DNA from: Scenedesmus sp. PABB004
Lineage: Eukaryota
NCBI GenBank assembly: GCA_014905635.1
Contig: JABVCE010000028.1
Span: forward strand, 62,001 to 126,000
Length of the DNA: 64,000 nt
Reading direction: 5' to 3'
Shown here: positions 30,852 through 43,783 of the stretch, in pieces
Numbering within the stretch: position 1 is the stretch's first letter
How the letters are laid out: each line of letters starts with the position of its first letter
The notes under the pieces: generated by a model
What the model saw: only the letters and a program-made list of their open reading frames with translations
The model's database searches: none
What the model was told of the DNA's origin: nothing
Position numbers and translations under genes: made by a program

Positions 30852-33800
30852 TCACCCGCCGCGCCTCAGCGCCGCCGCCAGCGCGCCGCGGCCGACCTGC
30901 TCCAGGCCCCCCCCGCAGTCGTCGCCCCGCACCGCCAGGCGCACGGCGCAGCCGCGCACCAGCCCCACCACCGCCCCGCCCACTGCCCCGGCGTCGCCCA
31001 GCGCCGCCGCCAGCCAAGCGCCGGCGGGGTCTGCCGGCGCTGCGCCACGCCCGCGCGGGTCGAACGCTGGCAGCGGCCGCGCCGTTGCGGCGCGAAGGTG
31101 CTGCGCGAGCAGCTGCTGCACCCGCGGGGCCTGGCCCGAGAGGCAGCCCGCGCGCAGCAGCGCGGCCAGCAGCTGCAGCGCGAGTGCGCCCAGGCACGCC
31201 TCCAGGGGGTCGGCGGCGTGGCCGGCGGGTGGCGGCGCCAGCGGCTGCCCTGCCGCCTCGCCGTGCCACCACGCGGCACCCTCGTCATCGCCGTCGCCTG
31301 CGGCGCCCGTGCCCCGGCCGCGCCGCCGGCCTGGCTCGCGCGGAGCAGCGCGCCCGGCCTGAGCGCCGCGCCCCAGCACAGCGCGTCCAGCAGCTCCGCG
31401 CGCTCCTCCAGGTGCGGCGCGGCCAGGCGCTGCAGCGCGGGCAGCGCGCCGCCGTCGCCGTCGGCCGCCGCAGCCCCCAGGCAGCTGACCACCAGCGCCG
31501 CGCGCTCGCACCACGCCCAGCCCTGCTGCGCCGCCTCGGCGTCGCCCGCGAGCCCACCCATTGCGGCTCCAGCCTGCTCGGCCGCCGCCGCCGCGGCGCG
31601 CAGGCAGCCCGACAGGCTGCACAGCTGCTGCAGCGCGCGCTCCAGCACGCGGCCGTTCCAGCGGCTGCGGACCACCGCCGCGGCCGCCGCGGCGTCGCCG
31701 GCGGCGGCCGCCGGCGGCTCGCGCAGCGCGTCGGCGGCTGCGTCGTACAGCGCCGCCAGGCAGGCGACGCTGGCCTCGTGATAAGGGCTGGTGTCGCCTG
31801 GCGGCGCACCGGCGGCGGCATTCTGCAGCAGCGCCAGCACCTGCGGCCACGCCGCCGACGGGGGCGGGGCGCGGCGCTGCCGCAGCGCCAGGCCCGCCGC
31901 ATCGGCGAGGAGCAGAGCGAGGAGGGCGCCGCCGCTGCCGTTGATGCTGCTCCCAGCGAGCAGCAGCAGCTGCGGCGCCGACAGGCCATACACGCTGCCG
32001 TCGCCGCCGGTGGCGGGCGGGCCTTGCATCACCAGCTGCCCGCCCAGCTGCAGGAGCTGCTGGTGCTGGTGCCAGGTCAGCGCGGCCGCCAGCAGCGACT
32101 CTGGGGCATCGGGCCCCAGCCCTGCGCCGCCGCCGGCGGCGGCGGCGGGGCTGCAGAGGCCGCAGGGCGTCAGCGCGGCCGCCGCAAGCTGCTCCAGCTG
32201 CCAGTCCGCCGCGGCACGGCGCGCCGTGGCCTGCCCCGCCTCCGCCCCACCCGGCGGCAGCGGGTCGCCCGTCGCGGCGCCAGCCAGCTGCGCCGCGACC
32301 TGGTTCAGCTCGTGGCAGCCGGCGAGGTGCTGCAGCAGCGCGCCGTCCACGTGCGCCGCCATGCCGGCGCGCAGCAGTGCGTTGGCGGCATTGGCTGCGG
32401 CCAGCAGCAGCTGCCAGCGCAGCGGGTGGCCGCCGGGCAGCTCCAGCAGCCGCGCCGCAGCCATGCGGGCCTGCGCAGTGGCGGGCGAAATGTGGGCGGC
32501 CGGCCGGCGCGCTGCACGCGGCGGGCCACACGCCGCAGCGCCGCCGCGCACTGCCTCACCTGCTGCGAGCCTTGCTGCAGCAGCTCCGCCGCGAGCGCGG
32601 CCAGGCCCGGCTCGCCGGCGCCACCAGCGGCCGCCGCTGCGACTGCTACGCCGGCAGCCGCGAGGCAGCTGCAGGCGCAGAGCGCGACGTATGCGCGCCC
32701 AGGCTGCTCCCCGCCGCCCAGGCTGCTCCCCGCCGCCGCCGGCGCCGCGGCCAGCAGGCAGCGCCTGCACAGGTCCAGCAGGCCCAACGGCCCCGCCAGC
32801 AGCAGCCGCAGCCGCGGCGCGGCGCTGCCCCAGGCACGCGCGCCGTCGTCGGCGCCGGCGCAGCAGCTCGCGAGGCTCAGCGCCTCCAGGTAGTCGCCGC
32901 CGCCGGCGTGAGGGGCGGCGCAGGCGGCGTGCAGCGCCGCGGCCAGCACCGCGAGCCAGCCTGCCAGCGGCAGGTGCTCTCGGGCGTCAAGGCACTGCCG
33001 CGCCGCGAGCAGCGCCGCCTGCTGGGCAGCCGGGCTCCCGCTCAGCGCGCCCACGAGCGCGCCCGCCGCGTCGGCCGGCGCCGGCGCCGCGCCGTCCGCG
33101 CCGCCCCCGGCCGCGCCCGCCGCGTCGGCGGTGGCGGGCAGCAGCTCCGCCATCCAGCGCTGCAGCAGGACCTGCACGGCGCCGGGCAGGCGGCGCGCCC
33201 GCGCGAGCGCCCAGCGCGCGAGGCCGTCGCCGGGCGCGAGGCGGGGCAGGCCGCGCCCCAGGCGCTCCAGGGCGTGCAGGGTGTTGGCCGGCGCCGGCAG
33301 CTGCGAGGCCGCACGCCAGGTCGCCGCGGCGGCGCCGCCGCCCGCCGGGCCCGGCTGCGCAGCGACGTCTGTGAGCACCACGCCGCCACAGCCGCCCGCC
33401 TGAAGCGCCAGGCCGCCGCCCTTGTGCGCGGCGAGCTCCGCGGCGAGCTCCCGCTCCGCTTGGGCGTAGAGCAGCGCAGCGCTCGCGAGCAGGTCGGGCT
33501 GCGATAGCACGCCCCGCCCCGCGCCGCCGACCGCGGCCTCCAGCGCCGTCAGCACGTCCGCCCACGCCCAGCACGCGTCGCCCGCGCGCAGCGCCGCGGC
33601 CAGCACGCACAGCGCGGCCGCCTGCAGCTGCGGCACGCCGGCATAGCACCGGATGTCGCTGCCCCCGCGCGGCGGGCCGCCCCCGCGGCGGCACCGGTGG
33701 CGCACAGCAGCTCCAGCAGGCCCAGGCTGCCGGCACCGCCCGCGCGGCTCAGCGCCGCCGCCAGGCCCGGCAGCGCGCCCCGCGTGCAGCCTGGGGGAAG

Positions 33801-34484
33801 GGAGGGGGAGGGGGCAGTGGTGAGGGCGGGCGGGCCGCCGCGTCGCGCCGCGCCGCGCTGCGCAGGACTGTGCGGGCTGCGCGCGCGTGTGCGCCCCGGC
33901 GCACCCGGCAGGAACGCCGGGCCCTCCAGGCACACCGCGGCGCCCAGCAGCACCTGCCAGGCCGCGGCAGCGAGCTCGGGCGGCAGCGCGGCGCCGTGCG
34001 CCTCCAGCAGCGCCCAGGTGGTGCTGCCCCAGCGCTGCGCGCCCAGCAGCTGCGCCGCAAACGAAGGCATGAACCGCGCCGTGCGGGGGCTGCCGCCTGC
34101 GGCGCGGCGACGCGCGGGGCGGCGAGGGTGAGCGGGCGGCGCGGCGTGACTGTTGTGTGGACGCGCCGGCCCGCCTGCCCGCCGCGGCGCTGCCACTCGC
34201 CGGCGGCCAGCAGCGCCAGCAGCAGCTCCACCACGCCGCCAAGCAGCTCGGCAAAGACCGCAGCCCGCTGCGCCTGCTGAGCCTGCGAGGCCACGCCGCT
34301 GAGCTCGGCGCTGGCGGCGTGCAGCACGCGGCTGGCCGCCGGCAGCAGGTGCGCGAGCGCGCCCTCCAGCAGCAGCAGCAGCTCGTCCGCCGCCGCCGAC
34401 GCGGCGGCCTGTGCGGGCGGGGATCCTTGCCGGCGCTGGCGCGCACGCGCAACCGGCCGGTCGTCGGCGCCGCCCACAGCCGCC

Positions 34485-34556
<72 letters not shown>

Positions 34557-36981
34557 CCGCCGGGCGGCGCCGCGTTGCGCGCTGCGCCGTCGGCCAGGCG
34601 GGCGGCCAGCTGCTGCGCGGTCGCCTGCGCGAGGCCGCATGCCGCCGGCAGGTACCCGGCCGCGAGGCTGGGCACGCTGAGCAGGCTGGTTGCGGCCACC
34701 GCCCGGTGCGCGCCGGCCAGCAGGTGCGAACGCAGCGCCGGCCAGGCGGCCGCGCTGCTGGGGCCGCACTTGGCGCACAGGTGCATCAGCAGCCTGCGGC
34801 ACGGCAGCAGGCCGCCCCGTCGGCTGCGGCAGCAGGCGGCAGCAGGCGGCACGCAGGCGGCAGCACGCAGCGCCGCCCGCCGACCGCACCTGGCGGCTGC
34901 CTCGAACGCCGCCTGCAGCTCGGGGCCGGGGTGGAGGTCGGGGCCGGCGCCCTCGCCGCTCGCGGGGGGCTCCGGCAGCGCAGCCACGGCCGCGGCCGCG
35001 AGCCGGCCCAGCCCCGCCGGCGGCAGCAGCGCGCTGCCGGGCAGCGCGGGCGCCGTGGCGTCGGCCGCGAGCGCCAGGGCCTGGCCGAGCACGGGCGTGT
35101 TGCAGGCGGCCGTCGCGGCCACAAGCAGCTCCGCCAGCGTGTCGAGGCCGTAGCACAGCCGCTCCACAAAGCAGGCGCCTGCGCGCGGCGCGCGGCGGGG
35201 GCGGCGGACAGCCGCGGGTGTGGGCGCGGCGACGCACGCGCGCGAGCGCGCACCGCTCCGGGCCCGCCGCAGCGCCGGCCGCGCGCACCCTGGGTGGCCA
35301 GGAAGTGCAGTGCGGCAACCGCCGCGCCCTGCAGCGCCTCCGCCGACGCCTCGAACGCCGCGGCGGCGTCCGCGGCGCCCGCCAGGCCGCCGCCGCCCCC
35401 GCCGGCCGGCCCCGCGCCGGCGCGGCGGCGCTGCACGTCCGCCGTGGCCGCCGCTGCGACGCTCGCGCGCATGCTGCACGCCGGCAGCGTGCCGCGCAGC
35501 ACCTCGAACAGGTGCTCCGCCGCATCCAGCTGCAGCAGCTGCTGCAGCAGCGCCACCGGGGCGCGCGCGGCCAGCGCCGCGAGCACCTGGCAGGCGAGGA
35601 GCTGCAGGCGCGGCGCCGTCTCGAGCAGCGAGGGCTTCAGCGCCGCCATGGCCAGCGCCGCCAGGGGCGGGGGCGGCCCCCGGTGCGCCTGCTGCGAGCC
35701 GCCACAGCCGGTGCTGCCGAGCTCGGGCGCGGCGCCGGTCGGCGGCTGCTGCTGCAGCGCAGCCTCCAGGGCGTAGCCTGCGGGGAGCGCAGCCGGCTGC
35801 TGGCACGCCGAGCGCCGGACGCGCGCGCGCGCGCTTGCGGCGTCTCAACCACCGGCGCGCGCGTGCGCACGCGCCGCACCTGTGACCACGAGGCGCAGCA
35901 GCAGCTCCAGCACCAGCGCCTGCAGCTCGGGCGCCAGCAGGTCGGGCAGCAGCTGCAGCAGGCAGGCCAGCAGCTCGCCAGCGACGCCCGGCGGCAGCGC
36001 GCCGCTGCGCCTGCCCGCCGCCACCGCCGCGGCTGGGGGCGCGTGCACCAGGCTCGCAAACACGCTGGCGGCGCGCGGCGGGCGGCGCGGGGCGGGCTCA
36101 GGCGCTGGCGTCGCAGCGTCGCGCGCGGGCGGCGGGGCGCGGGCGCGGGGGCCACGCACTGCAGCAGCGGCACGACCACCGCCTCCAGCCGGCAGCCCAG
36201 GCCGGCGCACATGAGCTGCACCAGCTCCGGGCAGCCGCCCAGCGTGTCCGCCGCGAGCGCCGCGGCCGCGGGGTGCGCGTCGACCAGCTGCTGCAGCAGC
36301 TGCAGGCACCCCGCCACGGCCGCCGCGGCCTGCGCGGCCGCGGCGCAGCCGACGTCGTCGCCGCCCGCCGCCGCGGCGCCCTGCGGCCACGGCAGCTCCA
36401 GCAGCAGCTGCAGCAGCCTGGCGCCGCGGGCGGCGGCGCGGGCGGCGCGGCTCAGCGCGCGCAGCGCGGTGCGCCGCGCAGCGGGCCCCCGCGCGCCGCA
36501 CCGTTCGGCCAGCAGCTCGGGCACGAAGGCGCTGCCCGCGTCGCACACGGTCATCGCCGCGGCGCGCAGCTCGGCGGCGAGCCCCAGGTCGGCCGTCGCT
36601 GCCAGGCCGGCGAGCAGGCCGTCCACGACCAGCGACGCGTGGCTGCCCAGCAGCGCCGTGAGCGCCGGCGGCGCGCCGGCGGCGCCGGCGGGCGCGAAGA
36701 GGTCCAGGAACTCGCTGCGCGCGCGCGCCGGCGGGTGCGGCGGTTGCGGCGGTTGCGCGGCTGCTGCTGCTCGCGCGCCGCGACGCGCTGCCGCAGCGGC
36801 CGGCGGCCGGCCCGCGCCCTGCGCACCGCAGCACGAAGGCCTTGCGGCCGGGGAGGTGCGCCGGGTCGGCCAGGCTGGCGAGGAAGCAGGCGAGGCAGGC
36901 GCGGCGGCCGTCGGCAAAGGCGTACACAAAGTAGGCCGCATGGCGCTGCGCCTCGTGCTCGGCGTGCGAAAGCAGGCTCAT
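30852..36981 (-). CDS. Large helical-repeat protein, MEI1/PRD1-like meiotic double-strand-break initiation factor
   Basis: The N-terminus HAAYFVYAFADGRRACLACFLASLADPAHLPGRKAFVL..LLGSHASLVVDGLL resembles the recalled MEI1 (CLACALELLPDP...RKKHML) and PRD1 (CLICFSNLVSDP...LLSSH) N-termini. The rest is Ala/Leu-rich over many exons. The gene itself is well supported; the orthology less so. Confidence 0.65.
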
Positions 36982-37643
36982 GGCGCCCGCCCGGGAGCCC
37001 GCGGCGCCCGCCGATCGCCCGCCGCGCGGCGGCGCCGCGGCGCGCTGCGGCGGCGGGCGGCTGCTGCGCGGCGCGGGCCGCGAGGGCGCGCGCGCGATCG
37101 GGGCTGCGCGCTGGAGCCGTCGGCAGCCGGGAGGGGCAGGCCGCCCCACGGCGCGCGGCGGCGTGGCGCGTGTTCAAACCCGGCGGTTCAGAGCGCGCGC
37201 ACGACCTGGGACCTCGCATCACGAACGGACGGCGGCGCGCAAGTCGTGTTACTGGCGTGCGCGAGTGGCGCCGCGCGGGCCCGACAACACGGGTTGCGGG
37301 CAAAACTGGGCCGCATCGGCGGCGCGCGCCCGGCCCGCACATGGTACACACACACCGCACGCCCAGCCTCCGCCACCTCAGGGCCGGAGCGCGCTGCTCC
37401 GCCCGAGCGCCTGTGCTCCGCGCGAGCGCCTGCGCGCGAGCGCCTCTGCTCCGCCGCCTCCTCACTCCGTCCGCAGCGGCGCGCCGCTCGGCGCGGCGCG
37501 CGCGCCGGCCCGAAGCGCGCGCCGCGCCGCGCCGCGCGCGGCCGTCAGCCCTCGACAGTCCCCTGCCTGCGACACCGGTCTGCTAACCTAGCGCCGCGCG
37601 GCGCGCGGCCCGCGCGCGCGCGCGGTGTGGGCGGGCGCCCCGC

Positions 37644-39484
37644 TCAGGCGACGGTCCAGCTGTTGAACGCGCCGAGCGCCTCGTTCTTGGCGCCCTTGAA
37701 CCACCTCTTGTCGCCGATCTGGATCTTGATGATCCACAGCTTGCCGCCGCTCACGGTCGCGGCGATCAGCTGGTGGCGGCCGCCCTCGTCGCCGTCGGCT
37801 GCGCGGCAGAGGCGGCGGCGCGGCGGGGTGATGTCAGGGAGGGACACGGGGGTCGGGGAGGGCGCGGGCTGCGCGCAGCGCGCGCGCTGGCAGCCCTCTG
37901 CCAATCCTTCCCTGCCGCCCTGCTTCCGTGCCCTCCTCCTGCCGCGCCCCAAGGGCCCTGCCGCGCGCCCCGCTGCCGCGCCGCTCTCCCCCAGGCGTCT
38001 CCTCTCACCGGAGCGCACGAGCAGCTCGTACTTGTAGTACTTCTTGCCCTTCTTGTCGGTGTCCTCGCTCACGTCCAGCAGGCTGGCGGCAGACACGCGG
38101 TTGGGCGCAAAGCCGCCCTCCGACACGGTCTGGCCTGCGCGCGCGGGCGGCGGCGGCGCGCGCGCGCGGGCACAGGCGCGTGGGCGGCCGCGCCGCGCCG
38201 CCTGCCGCGGGCCCCCGCGCCGCCGGCCCGCCGCGCCCCCGCCTGCCCGCCCGCGCCCGGCCCCCGCGCGGCGCTGCGCGGCTCACCCTGGAAGGTCTGC
38301 TTGCCGAAGAGGAAGCTGACCTGCTCCAGGAACTTGTCGGGCGCGCCGTAGCCGTCGATGGAGCCCTTGTCGGAGTTGGTGCTCAGCACGGTGAGGTTGT
38401 TCACCGCGTCAAAGTTGTCCTCGTACCTGCGTGCACACACGCACGGCCGCAACGGCGGCAGCGGCGGCAGCGCGTGAGCGGGGCGTGGTGCGCGCGCGGG
38501 TCTGGCGGCCGCGTGGGTCCGGGCCCGGGCCGTGTGCCTTGCCGCGCGCGTCGGCCGGCCGCGTTGGCGTGCGCACCTGAGCACGGTGCCGGGGAAGTCC
38601 TTCTCCTTCGAGGGGTTCCACTTGGAGGGCAGCAGGATGGCGAAGCCCTCGCCGGCGTACGGCACAAAGCCTGGCGCGCAGCGGGGCGGCGCGGTGAGCC
38701 TCGGGAGCAGCGCGGGCGCGACGCGCGCGCTGCCGCCCCTGCGAGCGCTGCCGCCGCTGGCGCTTCCGCCGCTGGCGCTGCGGTCGCTGCCCGCGGCGCT
38801 CGCTGGGGCTGCCGTCGGGGCTGCCCCGCGACGCTGGGGCTGCCGGGCAGCGCGCCGGCACAGCAGCAGCGGCGCCGGCGCACGGGGGGCAGATCCCGCG
38901 CCGCCGCCGGCACCGCGCGCCGCGCCGCCGCCGCCGGGCGGGCCCGCGCCGGCCGCCGGGTCTGTGCTGGCGCGCCGGGGGCGCTCGCTGCCGCGGGCTG
39001 GCTCGGGGCTGCTGCTGATGCCGGGGGGCCCTCGGCTCACCGGACTTGTTGGTGACCTTGCCGAACACGTTGGCGGCATCGCCGTACGCGGCCTGGCTGG
39101 GCGCGGCCGCGGCCAGGGCGGCCACGCCGGCCAGCACGCCCATGGTGGCGCGGCGGGTCTGCGGGGCGGGCGCGGTGTCGACGATGGGTCGCGCCGGCTC
39201 GCCGGGTCGCGCATTCGCGGCCGCCGGCGCCGCGTCGGGAGCCGAGACGGCGGTGGGCGCCCGTCGGGCCCACAATCTGGCCCCAGACCCGCCCTGCGCG
39301 CCGGGGGCGCCCGGCGTCCGCTCGATCGCGCCCGCCCTGCTGCAGGGAGCGCGCAACTCACCACCTGCTCCGCCTCGCCGTTCTGCTTGCTCGCACGCAC
39401 CACCACGGCGCTGCGCACGGGCGCGGCGGGGCGCGCGGCGGCCTTGGAGGCCACCTGCACGTTGGCGCGCTGGAGGAGGGCCAT
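37644..39484 (-). CDS. PSBP: Photosystem II oxygen-evolving enhancer protein 2 (PsbP), 6 exons
   Basis: Bipartite transit peptide with twin Arg (TRRATMG..SQA), then [65 protein letters not shown]. Confidence 0.98.
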
Positions 39485-40029
39485 GGCGTCTGCGCTGGCG
39501 GGGTGCGATGCGACGGCACGGGCGAGAGTGGGTGCACAGCGCGGCGCGCGCGCGGGAGGCGCGCCAATACGGGGCGTCAGATCCGGCTGAGCCGCGGTTC
39601 AACGCGCCCAAACCGCGCCTGTGCTTGGCGAGGTGGCGAACGGCACACGCGCGCGGAGAGAGCAGGCGCGCTGAAGACACGCGCAGTTACGGGGCCACCG
39701 CGCGCTGCCCCGGCGCCGCCGGCGCTCGCGCCCGCCGCCGGCAGCGGCGGTCGGGCGGTGCGGAGCGTCGCGACCTGACGCAGAGCGGTGGTGATTGGCT
39801 GAGGCTGCGTCGGTGGCGCCACACCGCTCGCCGCAGTCGCGCGCTGCGCCCTACGCCCAAGCCCACGCCGTCGCCGCGCCGCGCGGCGCCGTGCACTTCA
39901 CCCCGGCCGCATGTGGCCCACGCCACGCTGAACTCACACCAGCAATAAACGCGCCCCCGCGCCCCCGCGCCGCCGCGCTGTGGCCTGCCGCTGGTTGGGC
40001 GCCCTCCGCCGCCACGCAGCCGCGGCGCG

Positions 40030-40279
40030 ATGCCGGCCGCCGCCCCGTCCGCCCGCGCGGTGGCACAGCCGCGGCCACCCCACGCGCCGCAGCAGGCGCT
40101 GGCGGCGCTGCCGCGCGGCGCCAACTGCCGCCAACCGCAGCAGCGGCCGCGCAGCCGCGCGCCGCCGGCGCTCGCGGCACGGCGTGGCGGAGGTCCCAGC
40201 GAGGACGAGGTCTGGCGCCGGCTGGGCGCCTTTGCTGACAAGTACATCGCCGGCGGGCGGCCGCAGCAGGAGCGCCGGA

Positions 40280-40310
<31 letters not shown>

Positions 40311-41170
40311 CAGCGACGGCGGCGGCCTGCTGCTGGGCGGGCTGCCGGTGCAGGGCGTGCACGTGCTCCTGGCCGCGCTCGCGGCCGTGGCGGCGCTCGG
40401 CGCGCTGGGCGCGCTGCCGCCGGCGCGCCTGGCGCTGGACCACGACCCCGGGCGCTGGTGGGCGGCGGCGAGCGACGCGCTCGCGAGCCCGAGCGCCGCG
40501 CTGCTGGGGCGCAACCTTTTTCTCACCTACATGTTTGGCCGCGTCGTGGAGAGCAGCTGGGGCAGCGCCGGGGCGCTCGCGCTGACCTGGCTGGCCGGCG
40601 CGGCGGGTGCGCGGGGGCAGGCGGCGCCCGCCGGCGCGGCGCGCGCGGGCACGGCGGCGGCGCGACCCCGGCGGCGTGCCGCGCACGCGCACACGGCCAC
40701 CGCCACCCGCGCCCGCAGGCGGCAGCGCGGCGGCGTGGGCGCTGCTGCCGCGCCGCGCGCCGCTCGGGGGCTGCGCCTGCAGCGGCGCCCTCTTTGCGCT
40801 CTTTGCCGGCGCGACGGTGCTCAACCCGCGCAAGCACTGGCACTGGCAGCGGGTCCTCGAGCTCGCCGCGCTCGCGCCCTTTGTGTGCCAGCAGCTGCTG
40901 GCGGGCCACGCCGGCCTGGCGCAGTGGTGCGTGCTCGCTGGGCAGCGCCTCGGTGCATGGGTGCCGCTGCTCGGCGGCCTTGCGGGCGCGGCGGCGGCGG
41001 CGGCGGCGCTCGCGCTGGCCGCGCGGGTCGCGGCGGCAGCGGCGGCGCAGGCGCAGCAGCAGCGTGGCGGCGCGGGCGGCGCCGCCGGCGGGCAGCCGGC
41101 GCCGAGCGACGACGGCCTGGCGCTGCTGCTGACGCGGGTGGCAGCGAGCCTGCTGCGCCGCGTGCTGTGA
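40030..41170 (+). CDS. Rhomboid-family membrane protein (plastid RBL-like), probably catalytically degenerate
   Basis: LALDHDPGRWW..NLFLTYMFGRVVE..WALLPR..ACSGALFALFA..WHWQRVLEL parallels plastid rhomboids. One intron at ~40607-40718. Confidence 0.7.
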
Positions 41171-41204
41171 AAGAGTTGCACCCTCGGCCCACCCCGAACC
41201 GTGC

Positions 41205-43545
41205 TCACTCGCCGCTGGCCGGCGCGCTGCTGAACAGGTGGCCAAGCGTCAGCCTGCGAGGGCCGGCAGGGGCGGCTGGGCGTCAGCGCTGCCGCCCGCT
41301 GTCGTCGTGCGTTGCCAGCCAGCAGCGATGCACTGCTGGCGGCGGCCTGCAGCTGCGGCCACCTGCACACCTGCGGTTCGCGCGCACCGACGCCGCCAGC
41401 AGCTTGACGTTGCGCCGCGGCGCCGGGGCGTTGCCCGGCAAGAAGTCCACGTGCCGCAGCGCGGGGCACGCCGCCACTGCTGCCGCCAGCGCAGCGACGC
41501 CGGCGGCTCCGATGCTGGCGGCGACCGCGGCGGGCCCCGGGGGCGGCGCGCGCGTCAGGCAGGCGTGGCCGCAGTGCCGGCACTGGCCTGCGCCTCGTGC
41601 CGCTGTCACACCTGTTGTTGTGGATGCTGAGCGCCTCCAGGCAGCTGTGCTTGGCGACCGCCTGCGGGCGGGGACGTGCGGAGGGCGGCCGCTGCGGGTC
41701 AGGCGGCCGCTGCGGGTCAGGCGGCCGGCCGGTCGCTGCAGGGCTGCGCCGCGCTGCCCGGCGAGCGCCGCCGCGCACCTGTGCGAGTGCGGTGGCGCCC
41801 GCGTCGCCGATGCCATTGGCTGCCAGGCCCAGGGTGCGCAGCTGCGCGGCGCCGCCGCTCGCGAGCGCGCCCGCCAGCAGCGCCGCGCCGTCGTCGCCCA
41901 GGCCGCAGTCGTGCAGCTCCAGGCGGCGGAGCGAGCTGCGCGGCGGCGCCGCCGCCAGCGCGGCGCACAGCCTCGCCGCGCCCGCAGGGCCATTGGGGTG
42001 GTGCGCGAGGCTGAGCACCCGCACGCGGCCGCCGCTGGAGCCCAGCAGCGCCACGAGCTGCTCCAAGCCCCCCGCCGGCAGCTGCGTCTGCGCGGCGGCG
42101 GCGAGGCGGCGGGCGGCAGCGGTCAGCCCACGGTGGCGCCACGGGTGCGCCCGCGCCCGCCGCAGCGCGCACCTGCGCGCTGAAGCTGCACGCGCGCCGG
42201 CCGTCGCTGCCGTGCAGGGCGGCCACAAACCCCTGCAGGTCCCCACCAGGCTCTCTGCACGGCTCCTGCTCGCCCGCCAGCACCGACGGCGGCTGCGGCG
42301 CCAGCTGAGGCGGCACCAGCTGCGGCAGCTGCGCGCCCGCCAGTGGCGCGCCCGCCACTGATGTGCGCAGCTGCTCGAAGCACTGGTCAATGCCCTGGCA
42401 GGGCATCGAGAACAGCGGGTCGCCGCCGCCCCCTGACCCGAGCGCCTCGTCGTCCTCGCCCTGCTGCGCTTCGCAGTCCATCGCCAGCAGGCCGGCGGCC
42501 AGCAGCTTGGCCGTGGCCGCCTCGACACGCTGCGTCGCAGGGTCTAGCCGCGCCGCCGCGCGCTCCAGGTGCGCGAGCTCGTGCGCGAGCACCTGCGCGG
42601 CCGCGCGGCGCGGCGGCTCAAGCTCGCGCCTGCGCCGCCGCTGGCGTGCGCGCGCGGGCACGCCCCCGGTCCCCCGGCTGCACGTGACGGCGCGCCTCCT
42701 GGGTAAAGAACGGCCCGTGCACCTCGGCCACGGCGCGGCGCAGGAGCGCCTCCGCCGCCCGGCAGGCGCCGTCCGGCGGCGCCGCCGCGGGGTCCACGCC
42801 TGCCGCCTGCCGCGCGCGTACGCGCGCGGCAGGTGCGGGCGGTGCGCGCCGGTCGGGCGCGGGCCGCCACCCCCACCGCGCCGCGCCGCGCCGCGCCCGC
42901 GCTGCCGCGCCCGCGCCGCGGCACCGACCAGGGCCCTCAACTCCTGGATGGCCGCCAGCTGGCTCGGGGGCAGCGCGCAGCGCGCCGCCGCCGCGAGCCG
43001 GGCCACCGCGTCGGTGACGTCCGCCTGGTAGCCGGGCGGCGCGTACCTCGACAGCGACGCGGTGCCCTCGGCCAGCTCCCGCAGCGCGGCCGCCGCCGCG
43101 GCGAGGCGCTGCAGCTCCAGGTCTGCGTGCGCGCGCGCGCCCGACGGCCGCGGACCTTGGCAGGCCGTGGGCCTGCTGCGCGCGGCACGCCCGTGTGCCA
43201 CTGCCGCCGGGGCCGTGCCGCACCCTCGAGCAGCCAGAGGTGCAGCTTGCCGGCGGCGTCGTCGCTGCGCGCCGCTTCCGCCGCCTTGACCAGGGCGTCG
43301 AGCGCCGCCGCGGCCCGCCGCACCTCGCCCGGCAGAGCGCCGCGCTGGCGGTCAAGCTGGAGCAGCGCGGCGCGGAGCTCCTTGACGCAGCGCCGCGGCG
43401 TGAGGGCGGCCTGCTCGCCGCCACCAGCGGGCGCGGCCGCCCCGAGCGCCGCGGCGCCGCCCCCGCAGCTGCGCGCGCCCGCCGCTGAGCGCGCCGCGCC
43501 GCCCGCCAGCGAGCCGCGCGGCGGCGGCGCCCCGGGCGCAGCCAT
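41205..43545 (-). CDS. Leucine-rich repeat (RNI-like) protein with a helical N-terminal region
   Basis: LRR units VRVLSLAHHPNGPAGAARL, LRRLELHDCGLGDDGAALLA, LRTLGLAANGIGDAGATALA, LEALSIHNN, LRHVDFLPGN. The last exon is LTLGHLFSSAPASGE*. Confidence 0.8.
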
Positions 43546-43783
43546 GCGCGGAGCCGAGCGGCGGGCTTGCACGGCGGCGGCGGCTCCTCACAGTGCGGCG
43601 CCGCGCACGCGCCGCGCCGGGCCCCGCCGCGGTTGTGAGATACCGCGCGCTGCGCCGCCGCCCCACGCCGCGCGCCGCGCGCCGCGGGGGCCCGCCCTCC
43701 GCGCTGCGGCCGCGCACTCCTCGTCCTCGTCACTCCCCGACCCAGCCCCGCACGCCAGGCCGGCGCGGCATCCCGCCGCAGCG

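Noticed and set aside
31298..31371. Apparent frameshift near the 3' end of the MEI1/PRD1-like gene (pseudogene?)
   Set aside because: It can be resolved by a 74-nt G|GCGCGG..GCAG intron consistent with local GC-donor usage. This needs cDNA confirmation, so it is not called a pseudogene.
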